This document shows, piece after piece, positions 12,711 to 24,400 of a stretch of 64,000 nt of DNA (position 1 is the first letter of the stretch; each line of letters opens with the position of its first letter). The DNA is taken from assembly GCA_964252035.1 (NCBI GenBank), contig OZ176213.1, one strand, 5' to 3'. Under the pieces are notes generated by a model that was not told the origin of the DNA, did not search any database, and saw nothing but the letters and a program-made list of their open reading frames with translations. This DNA comes from Podarcis erhardii. Its lineage: Eukaryota. The position numbers and the translations under genes are program-made.

Positions 12711-13089
12711 GCTTTGGGGAAATTGCCCAAAATAGAATTGTCTGTCTGAATATCTGCTCAGGCTACTGGGATGTTTGTGGCATTGTGACAATCCTAGAAA
12801 AATGGGGCATTCTTTCCCCAAGCAAGGATGTTTGAAATGACCAACAGCCCAACTCAAGTGGTTCCAGTGCAAAGTGGGCTCAGGCAGCCTTCAGACCTGC
12901 CCCCTGCCCTGACTTGAATGGGAACTCAAGCTCCGCATCCACCATTTTCAGGCTAGGATCATGGGAGTTTGCTGGCTGAAAATGCCATGCCTGCCTTCCG
13001 TCACTTATTAATCCCCCCTGCCCCCCGCCCAAAAAAAATATTGGGGAAGAGAGGGAAACTAGCAGGGAAGCAGAATAATTAATTTTTTT

Positions 13090-13420
13090 ACTTGATCAAA
13101 TGCAGTTGACACTAGGGTTGGGAGGAAAATTTGGGTTCAGTTTACATTTTATTGCAAACTGACCTAATCTGCCATTTTCCAAAATAATACGTGAACACAG
13201 CTATCCTTGGAAATTTCCACCTCTCTGAATTTTGCAATACAGTTCTCCAGCAGAAAAACAAACCTACAAATGGTGTATGTTAGCAGAAAGTGTAGTGAAA
13301 CATATTAACATGTGTCATATTAGGGGAAATGGCTTGCAAAGAATACAATTTTGACAAGATGGACCCCCATTCCTTATCAAAATTGTATTTGAAAAATGTT
13401 TGTTTTCTGAGAAATGTGCA
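13090..13420. repeat. Old degenerate interspersed repeat (probable DNA transposon remnant)
   Basis: Similar in reverse orientation to 37790-38075 and, more weakly, to 32320-32600. Confidence 0.45.
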
Positions 13421-15085
13421 TTATAATACCAATAAATCTTCATGATGACCTTTTAAAAAAATAAATAAATTGCAAGCTAATGCAAAAATAAGATTGGAAA
13501 AATTGTAGGGGGAACAAAATTGACAGATTTGTTGATTCCCAGGGGTGAGGGAATCCCTTTTTACTCTAGGGGCCACATTCCCTCCTGGGCAACCTTCTGA
13601 GGGCCACATACCAATGGTAGGAGGCTCCCCTCTTCATTTGCATCTATTAGTTTTTCCTAACAAAGAAAGAGGTGAGAGAATGCCCATTGCTTGCCTGGAA
13701 CCGGCAGCAAGTGTTCAGAGCAAAGAAACAAAAAGTCACCTCAAGTCACATCCTTCAAACTCCCAAGCCAACATGATACAATTGGTGTGTGTGTGCGTGG
13801 AATCGTATATAACCACAATGGAAGACTAAGAATCCATTCTACTCTCTGTCCCTGCAAAATGATGGCCATTCTCTCCTCCTTTGTTATGAAAAGTTAATTC
13901 ATCTAAATGAGAAGCGGACCACAACAAGCCACCTCAAATCGCATGCTTTTAAAACTGGGGTACAGGATGACATGATACTCGGAAAATGGACTGGGGCAGG
14001 TTGGGGGTCCATCTATACTTGTCCCTTGCCATTTGGAACTCTCTATCTCGCTCTCTTGCTCCCCCTCTTGAATTTTAAACCAGAAACAGATGTCAGAAAC
14101 CCAAAGCAGTTCTTATGCAAAATAAAAGTGGTATATTATTTCTAAACTGCTTCCTCTTTGAGAACAGGCCCTGGAGGCAAAGGCTGAGCTTCTCCGGCAT
14201 GGATTTAAGTGGCAACTTCAGAAAAGGGGGAAAAGAAGCGGGGGGGGGGGAGGAACCTCGCTTGCATTAAAAGGAGAAGAAAAGAAACCCAGACTTGGTT
14301 CCTTATCAATCCCCCTCCACACAAGACCCATGACGATGCCAGCGTCCCAAGTGGGGCGGGGGGGGGGCGGGTAGAAAGATGCTGGAGGGAACTACTAGAA
14401 GCTAATTCAAATGCACCACTCTAAAATTGTTTAAATCTGAGAGCTCAGGCTGTGAATCTGGTTAACATCAGGCGAAACAGGAGAGGCAAATTAAGTAATT
14501 TCTCACCCATTAATAGATTTAACCAGCCAGAAGTTATTGGATCCAGGCCATGTAGATTGCCTTATTAAATTCCGAATACCAGAAGCCAGGTTTCCTGATA
14601 GGGAGTGCTAATGAAAAATGAGTGGGATTTATGAGCACTTCAAATTTAATTAAAGCAGGGTCCCAGGTCCCTTAATTTTGTTGCTCTTGGGCTGGGAGCT
14701 ACAGCAACCTGCACAGTAGCTGTGGCTTCATCAGATGTTCAGTGGCACTCAGCTTCTAAAACACGGTTACACTGACGTCTCCAAACTTCTGGAGACAAGT
14801 CCCAGCGCAATGCTAAAAGTCACTCCCAAGGTCCATCCATGCAAAGCATAGGTGGCCAAGAACATGTCACCCCAGCACCCACATGCCCACAGGGGTCCCA
14901 GCTGTAGAAAGCACAAGCCTTCACTAAGGTACTTACCAAGGATGGCAGGGTTGCAAAGGCAGCCCCGTGCAAGCAAAGCAAGGCCAAGCAAAGGATAGCT
15001 GTCTTGGTCCAAATGTGATCCAGTGACAACGTCAGGCAACACTCCAAGGTCTATGGCACAGTTCAGGCGAGGGACAAGACAGGTA

Positions 15086-15520
15086 CCGTATTTTTCGCTC
15101 TATAGGACGCACCTTGTTTTAGAAGGAGAGAAGAAAAAAAAATTCTCCCCCTCTCTGCTCTGCACCCCTTTAGCGAAGTGGCAGGAGAAACGGTGCCCCT
15201 TCCATTTCTCCTCCCGCTTCGCTGAAGGGGCGCTGCGCAGCTCTCCCTCTCTGCTGAAGCCAGGAGTCTTGCTCTCCCGGCTTCAGCAAAAGGAACCCGA
15301 AGCCTTCGGAGCACAGCGCAAGTTCCTGCAGCACTTCGGAGGCTTCAGGCGGCTAGCCCTGAAGCCTGGAGAGCAAAAGCAACGCGAAGCCAAGGAGCGC
15401 GGAGGGAGCGCTCCCTCTGTGCTTTGGAGGCTTGACATTGCTATCGCTGAAGCCAAGGAGCCTGCATTCGTTCCATAGGACACACACACATTTCCCCTTA
15501 ATTTTTGGAGGGGAAAAAGT

Positions 15521-15567
<47 letters not shown>

Positions 15568-16128
15568 TTATTATTTGTACCCCGCCCATCTGGCTGGGTT
15601 TCCCCAGCCATTCTGGGCAGCTTCCATAGAAACCAAAAATACACTAAAATATCACACATTAAAAACTTCCCTGAACAGGGCTGCCTTAAGATGTCTTTTG
15701 AATGTCAGTAGTTATTTATCGCTTTGACATCTGATGGGACGGCGTTGCACAGGGCGGGCGCCACTACCGAGAAGGCCCTCTGCCTGGTTCCCTGTAGCTT
15801 TGCTTCTTGCAATGAGGGAACCGCCAGAAGGCCCTCGCCGCTGGACCTCAGCGTCTGGGCAGAATGATGGGGGTGGAGAAGCTCCTTCAGGTATACTGGA
15901 CCGAGGCCGTTTAGGGCTTTAAAGGTCAGCACCAACACTTTGAATTGTGCTCGGAAACATACTGGGAGCCAATGTAGGTCTTTCAAGACCGGTGTTATGT
16001 GGTCTCGGCGGCCGCCCCCAGTCACCAGTCTAGCTGCCGCATTCTCGATTAGTTGTAGTTTCCAAGTCACTTTCAAAGGTAGCCCCACGTAGAGCGCATT
16101 GCAGTAGTCCATAGAGTGAAAAATGCGG
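15086..16128. mobile_element. TcMar-Tc2-like non-autonomous element whose right TIR is split by an L2 insertion
   Basis: Left end is TA|CCGTATTTTTCGCTCTATAGGACGCAC. The right TIR is present as GTG at about 15519-15521 plus GTCCATAGAGTGAAAAATGCGG|TA at 16107-16130. The interior is CpG-rich with GCTGAAGCC repeats. Confidence 0.8.
15522..16110 (-). mobile_element. 5'-truncated L2 LINE (ORF2 C-terminus, 3'UTR and (TTA)n tail)
   Basis: ORF 15705-16112 reads DYCNALYVGLP..LQLIENAAARL..HITPVLKDLHWLPV..FKVLVLTFKAL. (TAA)n tract at 15522-15566. Confidence 0.92.
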
Positions 16129-16612
16129 TAACTAGAACAATCCAGAGGACTCCAAAGGGAATCCTCAGAATTGGATTCTGGGCCCTCTCCCAGTTTTTAA
16201 ACGCCTCTGTCCTGTGTGGTGCCTGTTTCGTCCTCTGAGAACTCCACATCCAGTCTCAGGCTAGGCATCATGCTGCATTGGGTCCCTATCCCAAGGTGGT
16301 ATTTGAGATGTGCAAAATTGCAAAGTATTCCCTTGGCATGCAAGAGGCTGGGTTGGGAAAGATTTTTTGTCTGGAACCTTGGAGAGACACTGCCCATCCT
16401 CTGTGCAGACAATCCTACACTGCATCAGGGAAAGGGAACTGTTTTCAACCCGAGGGCCACATCTCCTTCTGGGCAACCTGCCGGAGGCCATATACCAGTG
16501 GTGGGTGGGGCCAGAGGCAAAAGTGGGTGGAGCAACAAAGGCTCATTTTACCTATGCACAGTAGACTAGTTTCTAAATGCACTCACACAGCCCTCTGCAT
16601 CTATTTAGGCTG

Positions 16613-16737
16613 GTGTTTCCCAAACAGGTCTCCAGCTGTTTTTGGACTACAACTCCCATTGTCCCTAGCTCTCAAGACCAGTGGTCAGGAATGATGGGAA
16701 CTGTAGTCCAGCTGAAGACCCAAGTTTGGGAAACACG
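16613..16737. mobile_element. Hairpin hAT-like MITE
   Basis: GTGTTTCCCAAAC ... GTTTGGGAAACAC termini with GGACTACAACTCCC inverted arms. Confidence 0.65.
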
Positions 16738-18143
16738 GATCTTGGCAAGCAAGAGCTATAATTGGAGTTCAAGGACACATTCCAGACAGGCAAAAAAAAC
16801 CAAAGATGGTGTAGTGCAGGGCTGATGATGAGGGGTGTGGCCTGGAGGAAAGAATGTGGTTGAGGAGTGGGGAGGACCAGACAGGCTGGGGGGGTCCAAT
16901 TTGGCCCTTGGAGCTGAGATTCCCCACCCTGAGATAGATGAACCAATGGTCCAACTTGGTATAAGACAGTTTTCTATGTTTCTGCATTTGGGGAGTAATT
17001 TTGAGAGGAGGAAGGCATAGCTCCTTCCCCAATGGACACCCCTCCTAGCTTGCTTGACCCAAACATTCACAAAACGGTAAAGAATTCTGAGATCTGAGGA
17101 GGGAAGGGTCTCTTAGCAATGTCAATCTTTCACCGACCCTTTCTTCCATCTTAAAAACGGGAAGACTACCAACCACGAAAGAGCTTTGCATTCCAGCTCC
17201 GGTATTAATTGCCCCTGATATTAGCAAGCAATGAGCTCTGCCTCCCCTCAGCCGCCCCATCTTTCATCCTGATGCCAATGTTTGTTTATAGCCCTTTGCT
17301 TGAAACCCAACATCTGCAGTTGCACCGTAAACTGGTGGGAAAGAGTTCAAGAATTCCTTAATCAGTTTATTAATGACCCCTCTTGTATGGAAGTCAAATT
17401 AAAAAGGGGGAAAAAACACACACACCAAAACACCACTGAGGGCCACTGCTGCAACCCAGAAACCACATTAATAAACATCAGGGCTAACAATGAGTAGAAT
17501 CAAGTGGTGCTGGTCGTCAATCCACCCCCTCCCCCACTACCACATCTGTGAATGTTTCCCTATAAAAAGACACAACGGAGCAGCCTTTCCAATTGAAAAA
17601 GCCCTGACCTTCGAGTGGGAGAGGGAAGATTTCCCACCTACTCCCCAAGCATTTGTGTGAATATTGCCCAAAGAGCTATTTTGTATATACCAGGGATGTC
17701 CAACAGGTCGATCGCGATCTACTGGTAGATCCCCGCGAGGTTTTGGTAGATCACGGGCTGATCTCTGGCTCCCTTTCCTCAGTGTCGTTGAAACTGACTC
17801 CTGCCCCGTCCCCTCACCCCGCCCTCCATTGTTGTCTGATCAGTGGAAGGGAAGACGGAGCTTTCTCTCAGTGGCTGTTTTCATTCAAAGCAATATTATT
17901 GTGAGTGATTTTCCCCCTTTCTTTGACCCTTGCCTTTAACCCCACCCCCCAAAAAAACGGAACTTAACCCCCTGGGGAAATATTTGTATAAAAATGGGGC
18001 TTTACTCCTCCGTAAAAAAAGGTCAACAAGTCAGACCTGAACCCCCCCAAAATGGGGATAGATCATTGCCAGAGTTTAATTCTGAAAGTAGATCGCAGTC
18101 CTGGTATATACAACCCAGTTTGGCTTACGACCAACAGTCATCA

Positions 18144-18145
<2 letters not shown>

Positions 18146-18179
<34 letters not shown>
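18146..18179. repeat. (GT)n microsatellite
   Basis: About 17 perfect GT units. Confidence 0.98.
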
Positions 18180-18181
<2 letters not shown>

Positions 18182-18195
18182 ATACATATACACCA

Positions 18196-18310
18196 GTCTT
18201 CCACAACTTGGTAGAAACCAGCTGTTTTGGACTACAACTTCCATCAGATCCAGCAAGTACAGTTTTGTTGGCTAGCGCTGATGGGAGTTGTAGTCCAAAA
18301 CAGCCATGTT
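18196..18310. mobile_element. Hairpin hAT-like MITE
   Basis: GCTGTTTTGGACTACAACTTCCATCAG / CTGATGGGAGTTGTAGTCCAAAACAGC inverted arms. Confidence 0.65.
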
Positions 18311-19713
18311 AGCTGGGACTGATGGGTGTTGCCTTTTAAAATGGCTGTGCTGGTGGGAGCTGGTGCAGTTCAAAACACCAGGAGAGCACCAGGTTGAGGG
18401 ACACCAGCATATACCAAACTAGTCCTGCGGAAGAAAGTATTGAGTCATTTACATGTCGATCCCCAAAATTACGTGTTCAGGAACTGACTTAAATGTATAC
18501 CGGTTCAAGAGCTCTTAGGTCCACGCAGCGTGTGGTTAAGTGGAAATCCCTGCCTGCTGTATATGTTGGGTGCTGGACTGCCCAGGCTCTTTGGTGGCTC
18601 AACAGATCAAGCAGCTTGGCTGGAAGTCAGCTGGGTCTGGCCGGAAGTCAGGCAGAACCACCCATGTGTGGGTGGCCACAGTGTGCGACCACTGTGTAAT
18701 ATAAAGCCTTTCACCATATTGAGCAGGAAAAAGAAGAGGATGAGCAGTGAAGGGGAGGGGAGCCTGAAATAACTTTGATACGGTACAACCCCTAATTCAC
18801 ACTGCATGCCAGTGCTAAATGCAGACCGATTTCTCCAGTGGTTTTATTATTCGTGATGGAATCCCTTGTGGCCTCCAGCAACTCATTTCTGAGCTAATGG
18901 ATTCGGTCCAGCGTGGAATAGCACAAGGGTGAATCAGGCTCAGGTTACCCAGCAAAGATGAACCACAGGAAGGTGAATGAGAGAAAATGCTATTGGTAAG
19001 ATCACACACACACACCCCATTCAGAATATCACCCTCACTCCCCCAGCACAAGACACATGCCAGAAACATTTAAAGAGCCTGAACAATTTCCGCGTTTGGC
19101 CTGAAATCACGATCCGGCACTGTATTTCAGGGTGGAAAGACATTATCTTCGGATTTGAGCGTCATGGCTCTTAAATATGCACACAGCAGTCAGCAGCTCT
19201 TTGACAGACGTATGAAATACATATGCACTGACACTAGAGAGAGAGGGAAAACAGGATATCATAGGGATTTTATTTTATTATTTATTTTTTGCAATGTGTC
19301 CAAAACGCTCACGGTTTTTGGAGTCCTCACTGAGGACTGCTCACATGCCCAGGTGTATAACCTGGGCCTAACTGAGCTACAAAAGAAAAGTATTTCAAAA
19401 TGCCCTTACAGACAAATCTGTTTTCAAAGTCCCATTTGCTTGTTATTAACATGAGCTCAATCTGTTTTCCACCCTATGCTGGGGCACAATCAAAGCAGAG
19501 ACGGAGTTGAGAGAACCCACACAAACGAAGATTATAATAATAATAATAATAATAAATTTTATTTATATCCCGCCCTCCCCAGCCGAAGCCGGCTCAGGGC
19601 GGCTAACAACACTAAAACAGTGCAACATTATAAAAACATTATAAAAATTAATTAAAATCAAAATTGATGGCAACCATAAACTAAAGTTTTGTCAAGATTG
19701 CCAAAGGAGGGAG

Positions 19714-21267
19714 TCAGGCTGCGCCCTGACCAAAGGCCTGGTGGAATAGCTCTGTCTTGCAGGCCCTGCGGAAAGATGTCAAGTCCTGCAGGGCCCTTGT
19801 CTCTTGTGACAGAGCGTTCCACCAGGTTGGAGCCGCAGTCGAAAAAGCCCTGGCTCTAGTTGAGGCCAGCCTAACCTCTCTGTGGCCTGGGACCTTCAAG
19901 ATGTTTTTATTTGAAGACCGTAAGTTCCTCTGTGGGGCATACCAGGAGAGGCGGTCCCGTAGGTATGAGGTTCCTAGGCCGTATAGGGCTTTGAAGGTTA
20001 AAACCAGCACCTTAAACCTGATCCTGTACTCCACCGGGAGCCAGTGCAGCTGGTATAGCACCGGATGAATGTGATCTCGCAGCGAAGACCCCGTAAGGAG
20101 TCTTGCTGTGGCATTCTGCACCCGCTGGAGTTTCTGGGTCAGTCTCAAGGGCAGCCCCACGTAGAGCAAGTTATAATAATCCAGTCTGGAGGTGACGGTC
20201 ATGTGGATCACAGTGGCTTGGTCAGGGCGAGAGAGGTAAGGAGCCAACTGCTTAGCTTGGCAGAGATGAAAAAATGCCGCCTTTGTTATAGCTGCAATCT
20301 GCGCCTCCATGGAGAGGGAGGTATCGAAGATTACACCCAAACTCTTAACGGACGGTGCTGGCACTAATTGCACCCCCGCAAGAGATGGGAGTTGCCCCCT
20401 CAATCCCATATCGTCCCGGCCCAGCCAGAGGACCTCTGTCTTCGAAGGATTTAACTTCAACCGGCTCCCACGTAACCATCCAGCCACAGCTTCCAAGCAT
20501 CTGATCAGTGTATCTGGGGCCGAGTCAGGATGGCCATCCATCAACAGATAGAGTTGGGTGTCATCAGCATACTGATGGCAGCCCAGCCCAAAACTCCGGA
20601 CAAGCTGGGCGAGGGGGCGCATAAAGATGTTAAAAAGCATCGGGGAGAGTATCGCACCCTGGGGCACTCCACACACCAAGGAGTGGCGGGATGACAATTC
20701 CCCCCCAAGCGCCACCCTCTGTCCCCGACCAGAGAGAAACGAGCGCAGCCATTGAAGGACTGTGCCCTGGATCCCCACGTCGGCAAGGCGGTGGTCCAGG
20801 AGTTCATGATCGACCATGTCGAAGGCTGCTGACAGGTCTAGAAGAATCAGCAGCCCCGACCCACCTCGATCCAGCTGCCTGCGGAGATCATCTGTTAGGG
20901 CGACCAGAGCCGTCTCGGTCCCATGGCCAGCGCGGAAGCCGGACTGGAATGGATCCAGAGCCGATGTTTCATCCAGAAACCTATCAAGCTGTTCAGCAAC
21001 CGCTCTCTCAATCACCTTACCCAGGAATGGAAGATTTGAAACCGGGCGGTAATTGGATAGATCTAAGGGATCTAATGATGTTTTCTTTAAAAGCGGGCGC
21101 ACCACTGCCTCCTTCAGTTCCCCTGGGAATGTCCCGGTGCCAAGGGACAAATTGATGATATCCCCCAGGGGGGCCCACACCTCATCTGGACACGCTCTAA
21201 TCAGCCAGGACGGGCACGGGTCGAGAGGACAAGTGGTGGGCTTTCCAGCTCGGAGGAGTCTGTCCAC
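19714..21267 (-). pseudogene. L2 ORF2, reverse transcriptase part (517 aa open frame)
   Basis: Motifs YRPVSNLPFLGKVIE, QSGFR, LDLSAAFD, GVPQGAILSP, QYADDTQLY and LHWLPV. Confidence 0.95.
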
Positions 21268-21268
21268 A

Positions 21269-22660
21269 TCAGCTGGGGATATCCGGGGACAGTCGAGGGG
21301 CCTCCAGTTCCTTTATTGTATCCAAATTGGCAGGGAGGTCATGGCGGAACAACAGGACCTTCTCCACAAAAAAGCTCGCAAATGCCTCACAGCTGTGTGT
21401 CAAATTGTTATTTAAATTTGGCTGTCCTTTGAGGGACGTTAAAGACCGAATTATACTAAATAATTGCACCGGGCGAGAGCTAGCGGATGCAATGGAGGCC
21501 GAGAAGTAGGACTTCTTAGTGGCCTTCACTGCCATCTCGTAGGTTTTCATAAAAGCCCTATAAAATGTTCTTGAGGCTCCATCACGGGCACCCCGCCATA
21601 CTCGCTCTAGCCGTCTGAGGTCCCACTTCATTTTCCGGAGCTCCTCGGTAAACCAGGGAGCCCGGTTTCTGCGGGGTCGCAGAGGGCGCTTAGATGCGAT
21701 CTCATTGATGGCTGCCAGGAGCTGGGTATTCCAGCCCTCAACAAGCTCAGTCAATGAGTCGCCAGGGGGAGAAAGGTCCCGCAAGGCTTTACGGAATCTA
21801 TCAGGGTCCATCAGCCTCTGCGGGCGAGCCCAAAATGGCTCACCACCTAAGCAGGGTGGGGGTGGAACGTCAATCCTGGCTTTCAGAGCGTAGTGATCAG
21901 ACCATGGCACCTTCATCAAAGGAAACATGATCACATCTATACCGACGCCAAAGATCAAATCCAGCGTGTGGCCTGCTTGATGTGTGGGGCCCGAAACAAA
22001 CTGGGAGAGCCCTAGTGTCACCATGGAAGACACCAGGTCCAGACCCTGTGAGGAGGGAGTGGCATCAGCATGGATGTTGAAGTCCCCCAATACCAATAGG
22101 TTAGGGAACTCCAAGGCCCAGCCGGCCACCGCCTCCAGCAGGCCTGACAGGGTGGCTGCTGGTGCGCTAGGTGGCCGGTACACCAGCCAGACAGCCAAGC
22201 TCACCTCGGAGCCCCACACTAGGCCAACACATTCAATGCCGGGGATCGATGGCGATGGTAGAGCCCTGAAAGAACAATCTTCCCGGATTAATAATGCCAC
22301 CCCTCCCCCCCGGCCCACAGTCCGCGACTGATGGAGGACGGAGAAACCCGGGGTCGCCATCTCTCGTAAGGTAACAGTATCCCCTTCGCGCACCCAGGTC
22401 TCCGTCACACAAGCCAGGTTGACCCCCTGCAAGATGAAGAAATCTCACAGGGTGGCAGTTTTGTTGCCTATAGACCTGGTATTGCACAACACCAGTGACG
22501 GAGGTGAGTAATCCTTGCTCACCCTACCCTCGTCCCTCGGGATGGGGCGCAGATTGGAAGGGGTACGAGCATATCCGTATCTCGATCCCCTTCGCCTATG
22601 ACATCTGCCCCCACCGCCATACCTCCCTCACCCCTCCACAGTAGGAATCCCAAGCCTCAT
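21269..22660 (-). pseudogene. L2 ORF2, APE endonuclease part, with lesions near the N-terminus
   Basis: Motifs LACVTETW, GRGGGVAL, VYRPP, LGDFNIH, GHTLDL and SDHY. Probable ATG at 22660 (MRLGIPTVEG..GRYGGGGR..SLVLCNTRSIGNK), followed by a frameshift near 22630 and an in-frame TGA near 22447. Confidence 0.85.
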
Positions 22661-23302
22661 ACTCGCCTCCATTTACAAAATATAAAAGCAAACAAACAAA
22701 AAACAATTACACCAAAACAGAACCAATCCCCACCCCACTCAACAACCATCCCACCCCAACCCAAAATAAAACAAAACAAAATAAAAATACATGGATAAAA
22801 ACCACCGTTTATGGTGGTACAACAAAGTAAAAAGTAAAAACACTTTTAAAACACTTTAAAATATATAAAAACATTTTAAACATTTGCTGCAGCAGCACCA
22901 GTGTCCTTAAAGTTGTGGCGGTGGTGAGTGTGGGCAGGTTTGTTTACATGGAGAGGGGCGGAGAGTACTTTGCAGAAATTCATGTGGAGAGCATACTCAG
23001 CAGGCCGAAATCCAGACAACAATATACGTTTTAGTAGTAGCTAGTGACCCTTGTCCAATTAAGTGTAAAAAACAGCTAGCACACACCCAGGCCTTATAAT
23101 TGCAAGCTAAGATAACATTGCAGCATTGGCATCAGTTCTTAACCACCCCCCACCCCAAGATTTTCAAGGTACTTTAGAATTTCAGATGGGGGAGGAGGGA
23201 TTTATTGCATCAGTCCATTTACAGCTGGGAGAAACATACAATTGCTCAAATAGGGGGCAGGGAGTACCAGAATGCTCATTGAGGCTCCCTACTCAATGAT
23301 TT

Positions 23303-23548
23303 CTCCTGCCCACCTAGCAGTTTGAAAGCACATCAAAGTGCAAGTAGATAAATAGGTACCGCTCCAGGGGGAAGGTAAACGGCATTTCTGTGCGCTGCTT
23401 TGGTTCGCCAGAAGCAGCTTTGTTATGCTGGCCACATGACCCGGAAGCTGTACGCCTGCTCCCTTGGCCAATAAAGCGAGATGAATGCCGCAACCCCAGA
23501 GTCGGTCACGACTGAACCTAATGGTCAGGGGTCCCTTTACCTTTACCT
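23303..23548 (+). mobile_element. 5'-truncated Sauria SINE with 13-bp TSD
   Basis: The tRNA head is missing. TACTCAATGATTT occurs at 23290-23302 and 23549-23561. Confidence 0.93.
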
Positions 23549-23666
23549 TACTCAATGATTTAAGAAATAAACAAATGTTGTGCCCCTGCTGTTTGAGCGA
23601 GGGCATTGTAACACATCCCTGAAATCCAGGGGTTGTTTTTTTTTAACATTGTTATTTAGTTTGATA

Positions 23667-23785
23667 AAACTGTTGAGTTGGAAGGGACCTTGAGTATCAT
23701 CTAGTCCAAGCTCCTGCAATGCAGGAAGATGCAGCTGCCCCTTACAGGGATTGAACCTGCAACCTTGGTGTTACTAGCACCAGCC
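23667..23785 (-). mobile_element. Short tRNA-headed SINE with CR1-type tail
   Basis: Reverse complement reads GGTGCTAGTAACACCAAGGTTGCAGGTTCAATCC..CCTGCATTGCAGG..GGACTAGATGA..GGTCCCTTCCAACTC. Related copy at 49160. Confidence 0.65.
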
Positions 23786-24082
23786 AGGCTCACTAAGTTT
23801 TATTACCTTTTGGTGTTAAGCTTCTGTAGCACCCTGTCCCTGATGAACTGGGTGCCCAAATCCAGAGCATAGGTCGCTATCAAAATCATTGGGGTGGGGG
23901 GGCATGGGGTTAGCAATGGGAATTAAATTAGCAAAATACGCATCCATCAAAACACTGGGGAGAACGGCTAAAGGATCTAAAAGTATGACTTGCACACACT
24001 GCTGAGCCAGAGGAAACAACAGAAAAGGTGATTTAAAAAATAACTGGTTTTCCTGAAAGTGGTTGGTTGGACCTGTCATGCT

Positions 24083-24400
24083 AAAAATCGGGTGAAGTCA
24101 TACCAAAGTCATGTTTTACTCTGCTATCTTAGTTCAAGATGGCACCTGGTATCCAAACACTGACACAGACTGCCACCCCATCTTGGGAACCCTTGTGTTG
24201 AGTTTGGTGACAATATCTCAAGAGGTGGCTGACAAAAAAAAATGGTGAAGTTACTCCAAAGTCACATTTTGGTCTACCATCTTGATTAAAAATGGTGCCT
24301 GGTATCCAAACGTTGATGAAGACTGCTGTTCCCACCTTGGGAACCCTCAAGCCAAGTATGCCAATGATATATCGAGATACGACATCTCAAGATATCTTCC
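24083..24400. repeat. Diverged tandem dimer with about 155 bp period
   Basis: GGTGAAGT..CCAAAGTCA..CCTGGTATCCAAAC..TTGGGAACCCT occurs at about 24083-24193 and 24238-24348. Confidence 0.75.

Larger units (their letters stand above)
19531..22900 (-). mobile_element. Near full-length L2-clade LINE (complete ORF2 with a few lesions)
   Basis: (TTA)n tail and GGGCGGGATATAAAT 3' end at about 19531-19575. An APE endonuclease ORF and an RT ORF are present. The 5' limit is uncertain because of a T-rich leader at about 22660-22900. Confidence 0.95.

Noticed and set aside
14230-14375. G-runs with quadruplex potential (also 1575-1600)
   Set aside because: Homopolymer G/C runs are common throughout this window, with no specific context.
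20065-22331. Plus-strand ORFs of 100-154 aa antisense to the L2
   Set aside because: They are by-products of the GC-rich codon structure of the opposite-strand ORF2.
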